Notes under the pieces: generated by a model
The model's database searches: none
The model's input: the letters and a program-made list of their open reading frames with translations, nothing else
What the model was told of the DNA's origin: nothing
Translations under genes and position numbers: made by a program
Virus record (IMG/VR): IMGVR_UViG_3300021067_000006
Coordinates: 26,838 to 90,837 of that record
Length of the DNA: 64,000 nucleotides
Strand: one strand, 5' to 3'
Source: a virus
Shown: positions 16,862 through 26,108 of the stretch, piece by piece
Layout of the letters: every line of letters begins with the position of its first letter
Numbering within the stretch: position 1 is the first letter of the stretch

Positions 16862-17805
16862 AGCGCCCCCGCGCGCATCTCTTCGGCGGCTTGCTCGATG
16901 AGCTCACGCCGATCATTCGCGACGAGTCGATGCACTCCCGAGTCGCCGCCGATGAGCGACGGTCGAATGTCGGGCGAATCGAAGTCGTCGGCGTTCTTGA
17001 AAAAGACGTTGCCCCACGCGTCCATGCTGCAGCTCGGCCATCCGATTTTCTCGAGCTCGTACGTGACATCCTCCGGATGCCATGGCGTGTTCGTCACGCA
17101 GCAGCGCGCGCCCTTCTCGCCGAGCCGCGTGACCACCGTCGAAAGTACCCACTTGTTTACCTTGCGACGCTGCTCCGCGGTGCTCGTGTTCTGCTCATCG
17201 AGGATGTCGTCGACGTTCGCCCAGTTCAGGCGCGAGCCCGGTAGGCGCTTGCTATCGAGCCCGAGCGCGACGCACGATGGATCGCGAATGCCGTACGGTC
17301 GATCGATCGTGATGGCCGTCTGCGTCCACGGCTCTCCGTCGCGCTGCGTCGGCAGAAGCTGCGGGTAAACGAGCCGGAGCTCCGGGCTATCCTCGATGTA
17401 CGAACGCACGGCGAGCAGCGGCTTGCTCGCCTGATCTTCGCTGCTCGAGATGAACGCGCCGCGCGTCGTCTTGCTTTTCCCGAGCTGCCACAACGTGAGC
17501 CCAGTCATGCAGAACGACTTAGAAAACCCGACGGGCAAACGCAGCACCGTAAACGGGTAGTGCCGCACGAAGTCGAACAGCACGCGCTGATGCGGCAGCG
17601 TCACGATACGCACGCGCGTTGTCTCCTCGCGCATCACGTACCCAAAAAAGTGCTTTGGGCTCTCACGCGCGAGCGCGACGCGCCGCATGTTCCACTCGAC
17701 TAGCAGCCGCTCCTCATCCGACAGCGCGGCGAGCCGCGAGAACGGCGCGCCGCGCGGCGGGTTGTGAATGCTGTCGAGGTACTGCTCGGGGCTCGGCTGT
17801 GCCAT
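16858..17805 (-). CDS. Terminase large subunit, ATPase half
   Basis: LPHQ, LPVGFSKS (Walker A), WANVDD (Walker B), TPWHPED. Confidence 0.85.
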   Translation of the reverse strand: MAQPSPEQYLDSIHNPPRGAPFSRLAALSDEERLLVEWNMRRVALARESPKHFFGYVMREETTRVRIVTLPHQRVLFDFVRHYPFTVLRLPVGFSKSFCMTGLTLWQLGKSKTTRGAFISSSEDQASKPLLAVRSYIEDSPELRLVYPQLLPTQRDGEPWTQTAITIDRPYGIRDPSCVALGLDSKRLPGSRLNWANVDDILDEQNTSTAEQRRKVNKWVLSTVVTRLGEKGARCCVTNTPWHPEDVTYELEKIGWPSCSMDAWGNVFFKNADDFDSPDIRPSLIGGDSGVHRLVANDRRELIEQAAEEMRAGAL

Positions 17806-17880
17806 CGGTCCGGTGCGCTGTTCCTTTCGGACGGCGCGCCCGGGGATAGCGCAGGAGAGGGGGCTCCCGAGTCGCTGAGC

Positions 17881-18453
17881 TTAGCTCGACTCTGGACGCC
17901 ACGCGCGTAGCTGCGCGAGGACACGCAGATACGTCGCCCGCCGAGCGCCGACGTCGCGCAGGCTACCCGAGCAGCCGCGCCCGCCGTACGCCGAGAAGAC
18001 ACGGTCGATCCACTGCTCGCCGCCGTGCGCCTCGAACGAGCGGCAGAGCCACCGCGCTCGCGTGATCGCCCGCACCGCGGCGCCCGCGGCAACGCTCGTC
18101 GGCTGCAGGCCTGCACCGACGAGCGCGTCGAACACCTCGTCGGAAACGACAGCGCCGCGTTGCAGCTGCCAAGGGCTTCGCGCCCGGCCGCGGTCGCACT
18201 CCCACGGCTTGCACTGCCCCTCGTGAATCCTCAGCGAGAAGCGCGATTCCGAGTCGCCGATGGTGATCGCGAACGCGGCTAGCTGCTCACGCGGCCACGG
18301 CCAGCGAGGCTCAGCCTGCACCGCGACGGCGAGCGCATCGGCGACGACCGCGAGCTGCGCACGCTTGAGCTCGTGGTGCTCGCGATCTTCGTGGAACACA
18401 GGTCGGGCGAGGAGCGCGGCGAGGATCGCGCCGGCTGCGATGGTGCTGGACAT
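17881..18453 (-). CDS. Lytic transglycosylase (SLT)/lysozyme-like exported protein (190 aa)
   Basis: Hydrophobic N-terminus; IGDSESRF and GRARSPWQL resemble SLT motifs I and II; later AY motif. Confidence 0.6.
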   Translation of the reverse strand: MSSTIAAGAILAALLARPVFHEDREHHELKRAQLAVVADALAVAVQAEPRWPWPREQLAAFAITIGDSESRFSLRIHEGQCKPWECDRGRARSPWQLQRGAVVSDEVFDALVGAGLQPTSVAAGAAVRAITRARWLCRSFEAHGGEQWIDRVFSAYGGRGCSGSLRDVGARRATYLRVLAQLRAWRPESS

Positions 18454-18462
18454 GCCCGGGGT

Positions 18463-19035
18463 CTACTCCGCTTCGGCCGCCTGCGGGGGTTGACCGTCGT
18501 ACAGCACATCCGGCTGCGACGCGCGCTGCCCGCTCGACACGAGCGTCGTCGTGGAAGTCGGCTGCTCCGCCGCCGCTGTCGCCCGCGAACCACGACGAGC
18601 GCGCTCGCGCACGAACTCCGGCGCCGCCGGGATCTCCCTTCCGTTCTTCGCTGCACGCACCGCGCGACGTGTCCACGCGAGCACCTCGGCCCTCTGACTC
18701 TGAGACCACGCCCGGATCGTAGAGATGGACGGCGGTCGCTCGAGCACTTCAGAAAGCCTCTGCTTAAGCAGAATGGGTTCGTCGATGGTGGCCTCGACAC
18801 CATCGACACGAGCCGCCGTCACACGCGTCTCGGTTGCAGGCGTCGCATTGAGTTGCTGCGCCGAGAACTTGAGCAGCGCTCCGTTCTCGGCGAACACCAC
18901 TTCGGCGTCGAGCGGTTGCGCCCTAAGGTGCTCGGGAATCATGTCGAGCGTGCGCGCACCCGCGATGATCGCATCGGTCAATTCGGCCATCGAAAGCACG
19001 ATCGCATCGCGCAATACAGGATTACGTTCGGTCAT
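18463..19035 (-). CDS. Hypothetical protein (190 aa)
   Basis: CATCAT-N7-ATG start. Confidence 0.65.
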   Translation of the reverse strand: MTERNPVLRDAIVLSMAELTDAIIAGARTLDMIPEHLRAQPLDAEVVFAENGALLKFSAQQLNATPATETRVTAARVDGVEATIDEPILLKQRLSEVLERPPSISTIRAWSQSQRAEVLAWTRRAVRAAKNGREIPAAPEFVRERARRGSRATAAAEQPTSTTTLVSSGQRASQPDVLYDGQPPQAAEAE

Positions 19036-19700
19036 GGCGTCGATGATGCCACGACACCCGGCACATCGATCACGTCACGGCCTGCCGCACGCATCAGCTC
19101 GCGCTGCTCGATGATGGCGCGCTCGCGCTCTTCTGCAGTCATGCCCGCGAGCACGGAAACGAGCGACGCAGCGAGACCCTCATCGCCGGTGAGATGCACG
19201 CGCCTCGGTGCGATCGTCCCGGTGATATCGGCGAGCAGCCGCTCGTGCTGATTCACGCTCGACCACGGCACCTTCGCCGAACTGCGCATGCGCAGCAGGT
19301 CGTTCTGCAAACGCTCGACCTGCTCCGCTGCGATCGTCGCGCGCCGGTCTTTGTACTCGGCATGCAGGTCCGCACGGATCTCCTGCATGCGCAGCTGCAC
19401 GGTGCGCAGCGACAACCGATGCCGAACGAACGCGAGCTCGGCCGCGCAGTGCGGGCACTGCGTGACGTCGACCGGAACCCGTCGACCACACGAGCCGACG
19501 CAATCGCGCGTGTTGACGATCTCGGCAACGCGCGTCGACGGCGCGCCCGACAGCATCAGGCTCGCAACGAGCAGCCGAACCGCTTCGGTCGACTCCTCAC
19601 CCTCGGCGCCGCCCGTGCCGCCCGTGCCGCGTGAGTTAGCCGGCGGAAGGGACTTCGGGGCCGGTGCTCGCGGTACTCGCATCCTGCGAGGGTAGCTCAC
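19032..19700 (-). CDS. Probable terminase small subunit
   Basis: HTH-like region with Zn-ribbon insert, helical core, LLADITGTIAPRRVHLTG tail; near terL. Confidence 0.65.
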   Translation of the reverse strand: MSYPRRMRVPRAPAPKSLPPANSRGTGGTGGAEGEESTEAVRLLVASLMLSGAPSTRVAEIVNTRDCVGSCGRRVPVDVTQCPHCAAELAFVRHRLSLRTVQLRMQEIRADLHAEYKDRRATIAAEQVERLQNDLLRMRSSAKVPWSSVNQHERLLADITGTIAPRRVHLTGDEGLAASLVSVLAGMTAEERERAIIEQRELMRAAGRDVIDVPGVVASSTP

Positions 19701-19959
19701 GATTCAAGATGCGCAGCAGCTCACGTTTCTGCTCACCGCCCGGCAGCGCCGCAGCAGCGCCGCGAATCGCCTCGAGCCAGTCGGTGCGCACGAGCTCGAG
19801 CGCGACCATCTCGCGGCCACTATTCGGCTCGCCGTGCAGAAACTCGTAACCGATCTCGACCATCTGAACGGTGCCGTCGACGAACGGCACCGTCATCGAC
19901 AGCCGCCCCCGCCTCACGACGAGGCCGAGCCCGGCGTTCCAATCGAGAAACGCCGTCAC
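19636..19959 (-). CDS. Hypothetical protein (107 aa)
   Basis: GTGA coupling; overlaps putative terS 5' end. Confidence 0.5.
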   Translation of the reverse strand: MTAFLDWNAGLGLVVRRGRLSMTVPFVDGTVQMVEIGYEFLHGEPNSGREMVALELVRTDWLEAIRGAAAALPGGEQKRELLRILNRELPSQDASTASTGPEVPSAG

Positions 19960-20234
19960 GTCGCAGCCTCGAGCATCCCGATCGCGCTGTCGAGCGACGC
20001 TCGGAGCCAACGCGCCTCGTCCAGGTCGAGCGTGATCCGCCCGACGAGCTCCGATTCGAGCGGCCGCCCGCTGCCGTCAACGCCCGTCTCGACCAGCTCG
20101 ATGACACCCGCAAAGCTGCCCGTCTGCAACCTCACGAACAGCCGCGCAGGGTGATGCGAGACGGGCCTTGTCGCGCGTGTCCACTCGTGCGCCCCGAGCT
20201 CGTCGCAGTATCGCGGTTCGGTCTGCTCTTGCAT
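19956..20234 (-). CDS. Hypothetical protein (92 aa)
   Basis: CATCAT-N7-ATG. Confidence 0.6.
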   Translation of the reverse strand: MQEQTEPRYCDELGAHEWTRATRPVSHHPARLFVRLQTGSFAGVIELVETGVDGSGRPLESELVGRITLDLDEARWLRASLDSAIGMLEAAT

Positions 20235-20255
20235 CAAGTCGATGATGCCGGGCCG

Positions 20256-20277
20256 TTTGGAATCGCGCGATTGCATA
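20256..20277. promoter_or_regulatory. 22-bp palindrome copy 4 (TTTGGAATCGCGCGATTGCATA)
   Basis: Upstream of CATCAT hexamer leading into the terminase region. Confidence 0.8.
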
Positions 20278-20287
20278 CGGGCCGTGG

Positions 20288-20764
20288 TCAAAGACCGTAC
20301 GCGGAAACCCTCACGCGAATCGTTCCCGGTGTGCCGACCGCGCCGACCTCGGCCTTGAGGAGCCGAAACAGCCGCGCACCCGCGGGCACGCGGAAGTCGG
20401 TCGCGAGCGCGTGCTCCGCCGCGCCGACGACCGGGCCGAGCACCTGCTCGGCGTACGCCTTGCGCGTCGCGTACGGCTCCGCCGCAACGACGCTGCCCTC
20501 GCTCGTCATCGAGCTAAACCCGAGCGCCGACTCATCGAATCCCCACTGCGGCCGCAGCGTGTAACTCCCGCCGGCGGCGCCGCCCGTGTAGTTGATCCCA
20601 ACGAGCACGAATCGCGCGCCGAGCGGCAGCTCGAGCCAATCGGGGTCATCGAACGCGCCGGCCGCAGGCAGCGCTGCGCTCGGATAGAGCTCGACCAGGG
20701 TCGAGCTCGGCTGGTCGAGCGTGAGCCTGCGGTCGGTGAACCCGGGAATACGCCTTGTCGCCAC
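20288..20764 (-). CDS. Hypothetical beta-rich protein (158 aa), possibly virion-associated
   Basis: TAGGCT-N6-GTG, the same class of start as structural genes. Confidence 0.65.
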   Translation of the reverse strand: MATRRIPGFTDRRLTLDQPSSTLVELYPSAALPAAGAFDDPDWLELPLGARFVLVGINYTGGAAGGSYTLRPQWGFDESALGFSSMTSEGSVVAAEPYATRKAYAEQVLGPVVGAAEHALATDFRVPAGARLFRLLKAEVGAVGTPGTIRVRVSAYGL

Positions 20765-20776
20765 GCGACCAGCCTA

Positions 20777-21196
20777 TCAGGCGTTGAAGTTTTGCGCGAC
20801 GCCCGTGCCCAACGTCAGCTTGCGCGCGGGAAAGCAGTAACCGACCTCCTGCGGCAACTCACGGCGCAGCACCAGGTCGACCGCGTCGAGCAGGTTGAAG
20901 TCGTGCTGACGCTGATTCTGCCACCGCACGTAACAGCCAAGGCACCACACGCCGACGTCGATGAGCCGCGGCGCCTCGCGTACCAAGCGCGGCCCTCGCC
21001 GGCACTGCCTCACCCTGCGCAGCGGCAACGCCTCGGCGTCGTACAACTCGACCTCGACGCAGGTCTGCCCGTCAATCTCGGAACGCTGCGCTTGAATGAG
21101 ATACCGCGAACAGATCGCCGGCGCCTGCCTCGGCACCTCGAGCAACAGCGTCCCGTGCCGACCGACCACACGGTATATCGGCACGGCGTCGATCAC
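20777..21196 (-). CDS. Hypothetical protein (139 aa)
   Basis: GTGA coupling. Confidence 0.5.
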   Translation of the reverse strand: MIDAVPIYRVVGRHGTLLLEVPRQAPAICSRYLIQAQRSEIDGQTCVEVELYDAEALPLRRVRQCRRGPRLVREAPRLIDVGVWCLGCYVRWQNQRQHDFNLLDAVDLVLRRELPQEVGYCFPARKLTLGTGVAQNFNA

Positions 21197-21372
21197 GGCG
21201 TACCCCATGCGCGAGCACGCAACGCGAGCACCGAACCGAGCGCATGCACTTCGATGCGAACGAACGCCACGACGCGACCGCGTCGCATGGCATACGCGCC
21301 ACACGCGACGCAGCGTGCGACGCGCGCTGCTGTAAGCGGCCTCGAGCAGTACGGGCACAGGGTCGTCGGCAT
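21193..21372 (-). CDS. Small Zn-ribbon protein (59 aa)
   Basis: CPYC...CVAC. Confidence 0.5.
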   Translation of the reverse strand: MPTTLCPYCSRPLTAARVARCVACGAYAMRRGRVVAFVRIEVHALGSVLALRARAWGTP

Positions 21373-21451
21373 TCCGGCGCATCTTGCCCGACAGCGCGAA
21401 CGCGCATCAAGAGCAGAAACGCAACGCGCTGGAAAATTGGGGGTGTAAGTC

Positions 21452-23530
21452 CTACCGGAACCGGTCGAGGAACGGCTCGACCGCAGCAATCGAACGCGCC
21501 CGCGGCATGTGCGGCAACGCCTCGATGAACTTCGCGCCGTAGGGCTTCGTCACCATCCGCCGATCGCACACCACCACGACGCCGTAATCGCTCACCGAAC
21601 GGATCAACCGGCCGACCCCCTGCCGCATGCGCAGCACCGCGCGCGGCAGGTAATAGTTCCGGAACCACCGCGAGTCGACGGCCTTGCGCGCATCGAGCAC
21701 CGGGTCGGATACAGGATCGAACGGCAGCCGGTCAATGAGCAGCGCGGTCAGCGACTCACCCGGCACGTCGACGCCTTCCCAAAGGGACTCGGTGCCGAGC
21801 AGCACGCTGTCACGCTCGCGCCGGAACTGATCGACCAACTGCGTGCGCGGCGCATCGCCCTGGCACAGCACGGGATAGGGGAGCCCCGCCCGCATCAACC
21901 GATCGCGCACCGCGTTCAACACGCGATAGCTCGTGAACAACCCGAGCGTGCGGCCGCGCGCGACTTCAACGAGCTCGACCAGCGCGCCGCTTACCTCGGC
22001 CGCGAACGCTTGGTTGTTCGGGTCGCAGAGCGGCGGGGTCACGAGCAGGCATCGCGAGTAATCGAAAGGGCTCTCGACAGCGAGCCACGCGAAATCATCG
22101 ACGCCGAGCTCAGCCGCAACGAACTCGAACCCGTCTTCGCCCGGGCCATCAGCGAGCGTCGCCGACACGAGCGCCGCACGCTTCGGCGATTCCTTCGACT
22201 CCCACAGCCCACGCCGCAGAAACCCCGCGGCGGTCATTGGCTCGGCAACGAGCGACACCATCGTGCCGCCGGGGCGTGTCTCGTTCTCGACGAAGTAGAC
22301 CCATTCCTCGCCATCGAGCAGCTCACGCGCTGCCGCGATGAGGCCCGCGTGCCGCAGGCAGAGGTCGCGCCGCTGCCTCAGAAACTCGCGGCCCGCCGCC
22401 GGCGTGCCGCCGTTCTCGGATGCATCACCAAGCCTCGTCGCCGCGAGGCGCATCAGGCGCTCGAGCTCGGAGCCGTCGAACATGCGCTCGCAGTCGAGCC
22501 GCGCCTCGTACCGCTTCGACATCTCGAGCTGCGCGAGCTCATAAAAAAAGGCGTCGGCTGCGCCGAGCACCTCGTTACGCAGGTCGGGGTCGATGTTGCG
22601 CGGTACGCCGAGCCGCTCGGCTCGTTTGGTACCACCGACGAGCAGGTCGACCGCGGTGCGCGCGCCGCCCGGCGAAAGCCTGCGGGCGAAGTATTGGCGC
22701 GCGATGTCACCCGCACGGTGCGCCTCATCGAATACCAAGTTGCTGTGCAACGGAAGCACGCCGCGCGCACCTCCCATTCGCAGCTCAAGATCGATGAAAT
22801 ACAGGTGATAATTCGTGACGACGATGTCGACCTGCTCGAGCTGCTTGCGCGCCACGCGCGGGAAGCACGAGCCGTCGTTGTAGTGCATGCACTTTTTGCC
22901 GAGGCAGTCCTCGCTCGACACCGTCACCGCGCGGCGCACGCTCGGCATGAGCTCGAACGGCAGCTCGGAAATGTCGCCGAGCTCGCTGCCCTCCGCCCAC
23001 TCGATCACGCGCTCGAGTTGCTGCTGCTCACGCAGCACCGGCAGGCGCTTGCCGATCAGCCGCTCGTTCTGCGCGACGTCGAGCGCCTCACGGCAAGCGT
23101 AGTTCTGGAACCCTTTGGCGATCGCAAACGTGAAGCCAACCCCCTCGACGCCGAACGCGCGCTGCAGCATCGGCAGGTCTTTCCCGACGAGCTGTTCCTG
23201 CAGCGCGATGTTCGCGGTCGCGACGATCGTACGCTCGTGCCGCGCGAGCGCCGCGCGCACTGCCGGCACGAGGTACGCGACCGACTTGCCGACGCCCGTC
23301 GGTCCCTCGGCGAGCAGCGTACGCTGCCCGTCGAGCTCGCCCGAGAAGATGCGGTCGACCGCCGACGAGAGCAGCACCTGCCCCTCGCGTTTCCGGTAAC
23401 CACTCACCTCAGCAGCAAGGGGCCCGCCTTCTGCGAACATCGCCTCGACGTCGAAGTCGTGCACCTCGCGCGTGAGCGACGGGGACAACTCCACGTCGTC
23501 GGGGTCGATGTCTTCGGCTGATAAGGTCAC
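21452..23530 (-). CDS. DinG/YoaA-family Fe-S DNA helicase
   Basis: Q motif REGQ, GPTGVGKS, four Fe-S Cys, DEAH, SAT, LFTSY, EGVDVPG, QGVGRLIR. Confidence 0.93.
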   Translation of the reverse strand: MTLSAEDIDPDDVELSPSLTREVHDFDVEAMFAEGGPLAAEVSGYRKREGQVLLSSAVDRIFSGELDGQRTLLAEGPTGVGKSVAYLVPAVRAALARHERTIVATANIALQEQLVGKDLPMLQRAFGVEGVGFTFAIAKGFQNYACREALDVAQNERLIGKRLPVLREQQQLERVIEWAEGSELGDISELPFELMPSVRRAVTVSSEDCLGKKCMHYNDGSCFPRVARKQLEQVDIVVTNYHLYFIDLELRMGGARGVLPLHSNLVFDEAHRAGDIARQYFARRLSPGGARTAVDLLVGGTKRAERLGVPRNIDPDLRNEVLGAADAFFYELAQLEMSKRYEARLDCERMFDGSELERLMRLAATRLGDASENGGTPAAGREFLRQRRDLCLRHAGLIAAARELLDGEEWVYFVENETRPGGTMVSLVAEPMTAAGFLRRGLWESKESPKRAALVSATLADGPGEDGFEFVAAELGVDDFAWLAVESPFDYSRCLLVTPPLCDPNNQAFAAEVSGALVELVEVARGRTLGLFTSYRVLNAVRDRLMRAGLPYPVLCQGDAPRTQLVDQFRRERDSVLLGTESLWEGVDVPGESLTALLIDRLPFDPVSDPVLDARKAVDSRWFRNYYLPRAVLRMRQGVGRLIRSVSDYGVVVVCDRRMVTKPYGAKFIEALPHMPRARSIAAVEPFLDRFR

Positions 23531-23925
23531 GGCTCGAGAATGCCGCGACGCCTGCGAAGCTCAAGGGCCTGCTCGACTGCTGCGCTCAAGTCTTCGACCA
23601 GAAACGGTTTGTAAAGCACGACGCAGCCGATCTGCTTTAGAAACGCCTCTTGATGGATCCGGTTCAAGCCTGAGATAACGACGACCGCGACGTCGCTGTA
23701 CTCGGAACGAACGCGGCGCACGAGCTCGAGCCCGCCGTACGGCATGACCCAATCGGTCACGAGCACATCGACGTCGTCGCGCGCAGCAAGACGCTCGAGA
23801 ACCTCGAGCCCGTCGACGGCTTTCTCGATCTGAAAAGCGTGCGCGAGCACGCGCTCGAGCGCTCGCAACACAAGCGGCTCATCATCGGCGACGAGTAGCA
23901 CGCGCAAAGGGTGGGAAGCGGACAC
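23527..23925 (-). CDS. Stand-alone CheY-like response regulator receiver (132 aa)
   Basis: VADDE, TDWVMP (phosphoacceptor Asp), ISG, KPF; TACGAT-N7-GTG. Confidence 0.9.
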   Translation of the reverse strand: MSASHPLRVLLVADDEPLVLRALERVLAHAFQIEKAVDGLEVLERLAARDDVDVLVTDWVMPYGGLELVRRVRSEYSDVAVVVISGLNRIHQEAFLKQIGCVVLYKPFLVEDLSAAVEQALELRRRRGILEP

Positions 23926-23938
23926 CCGGCCAATCGTA

Positions 23939-24166
23939 TCAGCGCGGCTCGAATGGGTCCCGATGCGCGTGCTGCGCAGCGAACTGGCGGATGCGCGCCC
24001 GCACCCGCCCGGACATGCAGAGCCCCTGCCACGTCGCGCCGCAAACCGTGCATTCGCACCAGTACCGCTGCCCGTCCGACTCACCCGAGGCCGGGTCGAT
24101 TACCCGCTGCTCGTGCCGCCCGCGCACGTGAGGGAACCCAAGCGGGCTCCACTCAACGACGGCCAC
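23939..24166 (-). CDS. Small C2H2-like Zn protein (about 75 aa)
   Basis: CTVC...HAH; start uncertain. Confidence 0.55.
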   Translation of the reverse strand: MAVVEWSPLGFPHVRGRHEQRVIDPASGESDGQRYWCECTVCGATWQGLCMSGRVRARIRQFAAQHAHRDPFEPR

Positions 24167-24407
24167 CGGGGAAGGCCTCGCGATAGACGCGCTCGAGATT
24201 GACGCGAGCGCCAGCCGACTCGACGTCATCGGCGCTGAGGAACTTCCCGAGCGCGTCGAGCACCGCGTCGACGCGCTGGCGATCATGGTTCATCCTGGCG
24301 AAAGCTTCGGCGAGATCCTGCTCGCGGCGCGTCGCCTCGGCCAACGCGGCCGAGTAGAAGTCGACCGCCGCGACGAGCGCGTTGCTGCCGCGCAGCTCGA
24401 GCGCCAT
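24153..24407 (-). CDS. Hypothetical coiled-coil protein (84 aa)
   Basis: MALELRGSN; helical. Confidence 0.55.
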   Translation of the reverse strand: MALELRGSNALVAAVDFYSAALAEATRREQDLAEAFARMNHDRQRVDAVLDALGKFLSADDVESAGARVNLERVYREAFPGGRR

Positions 24408-24421
24408 TGGACCGCGCCCGG

Positions 24422-24832
24422 TCACCGCCGCACCTCGCGCACCACGCGAACACCGCCGCGCTCGAGCGCGTGCTCGACCTCGGCAGCCTCGCGCACGGTC
24501 ATCCCGCCGCCGGCCGGCGCGCTCCAAAAGTCGGGCATCAGATCGGTCACGCTCCAATCATGCTGCGCCTGCTCGGCGAGCAGCTCGGGCTCCGTCGCCG
24601 GCCCCGGCCAATCGCGCTCGAGCCACTCATACCCGCGCGCGAAGCCCTGCTCGTACGAGCCCTCGGCCAGCGCGACCGCGAACGCCTCCCACTCGTCGGC
24701 GGTAGCATCGGGGCGGTACCGCCGAAACATCAGCACCTCGTCGCGCAACCGGCGCGGCGCACGCGGTCCCTCGTGATAGCGGCTGATGAATCGCTCGAGC
24801 AGATGCAGCAGCCAACGGCCGGCGCGCGTCAC
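24422..24832 (-). CDS. Hypothetical protein (136 aa)
   Basis: GTGA coupling. Confidence 0.65.
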   Translation of the reverse strand: MTRAGRWLLHLLERFISRYHEGPRAPRRLRDEVLMFRRYRPDATADEWEAFAVALAEGSYEQGFARGYEWLERDWPGPATEPELLAEQAQHDWSVTDLMPDFWSAPAGGGMTVREAAEVEHALERGGVRVVREVRR

Positions 24833-25530
24833 TTGATCGCAGCTGCAGCGTCGAGCACCGCGCGCTCGACGATGTCTGTGACGCTCTCCGCCGAACGCTC
24901 AGCACCGAGCCGGCGCACGGCCTCGAGAAACCGCTCGTGCCGTTCGGCGGTGAAGTACAAAGGGACCGTCTTCGTGTGCTGATTCTGCGACACGAGCGGC
25001 GCCGGAGGCGAGCTCGGCCGCGCGACGTCGAACGCCATCATCTTCGTGAGCGCGTCCTCGGTGATGCCGAGCTCGAGACTTACGGTCGGGAAGTCTTCGA
25101 CGCCGAGACTCTGCACGAGCTGCGCGGCGGCCGTCGGATCGAACTTGCCGTGCTTGGTGTCGAGCTCGAACGTGAGCGCGCGCGCATCGCGCTCGGTGAG
25201 CCGGCTAAGAAAGACGACCGGCCCACGCTCGAACCCGAGCTCAGTCGCGACCGTCCATCGCTGCTCGCCGTCGATGATGACGTCGCGCCGACGGCCCTTC
25301 TCGTCGGTGCCCCACACGAGCAGCGCCTGACTCGTGATCCATCCCTTCGTTCGAAAGCCGTGCGCGAGCGCACGACGCTCGAACTGCGTCATGCGATTGG
25401 GGTTCCACTCATTCGGCTTCAGCTTGGCAAGCTCGTACAGCACGACCGCGCCGACGACGAAACCACCGGCGAGCCTCGCGCCTGAGCGTTCGTTTCGCGC
25501 TGCTGCCTTCATCCGTCGGGAAGTTACCAC
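24829..25530 (-). CDS. ParB/Srx N-terminal-domain protein with predicted C-terminal ribbon-helix-helix
   Basis: LKPNEWNPN, IIDGEQRW; C-terminal KTVPLYF strand then two helices. Confidence 0.8.
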   Translation of the reverse strand: MVTSRRMKAAARNERSGARLAGGFVVGAVVLYELAKLKPNEWNPNRMTQFERRALAHGFRTKGWITSQALLVWGTDEKGRRRDVIIDGEQRWTVATELGFERGPVVFLSRLTERDARALTFELDTKHGKFDPTAAAQLVQSLGVEDFPTVSLELGITEDALTKMMAFDVARPSSPPAPLVSQNQHTKTVPLYFTAERHERFLEAVRRLGAERSAESVTDIVERAVLDAAAAIK

Positions 25531-26108
25531 GGCTTTTTACCGACGCGCCTGAGCAGCACCGACGGCGCAATCTGCACGAGCTGCGACGCGAGCAGCACGT
25601 GCAGATCGACACCGTGCACGACGAGCTCACCGACCATCGACGGTCCGATGCGCAGCCCGCGCAGCAGCGCCGCCTCGATGATGACGTGCCACGACATCCG
25701 GTTGCCGCGGAAGAACAGCAACGGCTTGAGCCCATCGAAGCGCGCGGCCGCTTCGCACTGACGCCACCATCGCAGGACGGGCGAGCGCGGATCGCCGGCG
25801 AGGAACAGCTCGTACGACCACGCGCCCGCGCGCCGCACTCTGAACGGCTTGCCGTTGATCTTTTCTCGCACGGTCATCGCCTGCCGACGGAACTTCACCT
25901 CGACCGAAAACGGGAACAGCGTGCACGTCTCGGGGTCGACCATCACATCGCCACGCGCCTTGAACCCCGCCGTTTTCGAACTCGCCCACCCGCCCGATCG
26001 CGGCGTTCGAACGAACGTCGCATCGGGCTCGAGCTGCCGCCACCACGGCTCAAGAATCCTCACGACCTCGAGCTCACCGAACGCGCCCTTTTTGATCAGC
26101 GTCGCCAT
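25524..26108 (-). CDS. Hjc-like PD-(D/E)XK Holliday junction resolvase
   Basis: KGAFGELEV, SGG, GDV, SVEVK, WWRQC, PLLFF. Confidence 0.8.
   Translation of the reverse strand: MATLIKKGAFGELEVVRILEPWWRQLEPDATFVRTPRSGGWASSKTAGFKARGDVMVDPETCTLFPFSVEVKFRRQAMTVREKINGKPFRVRRAGAWSYELFLAGDPRSPVLRWWRQCEAAARFDGLKPLLFFRGNRMSWHVIIEAALLRGLRIGPSMVGELVVHGVDLHVLLASQLVQIAPSVLLRRVGKKPW

Noticed and set aside
21452-23530. DinG as part of type IV CRISPR-Cas
   Set aside because: No csf/cas genes or array; looks like a YoaA/DinG Fe-S helicase
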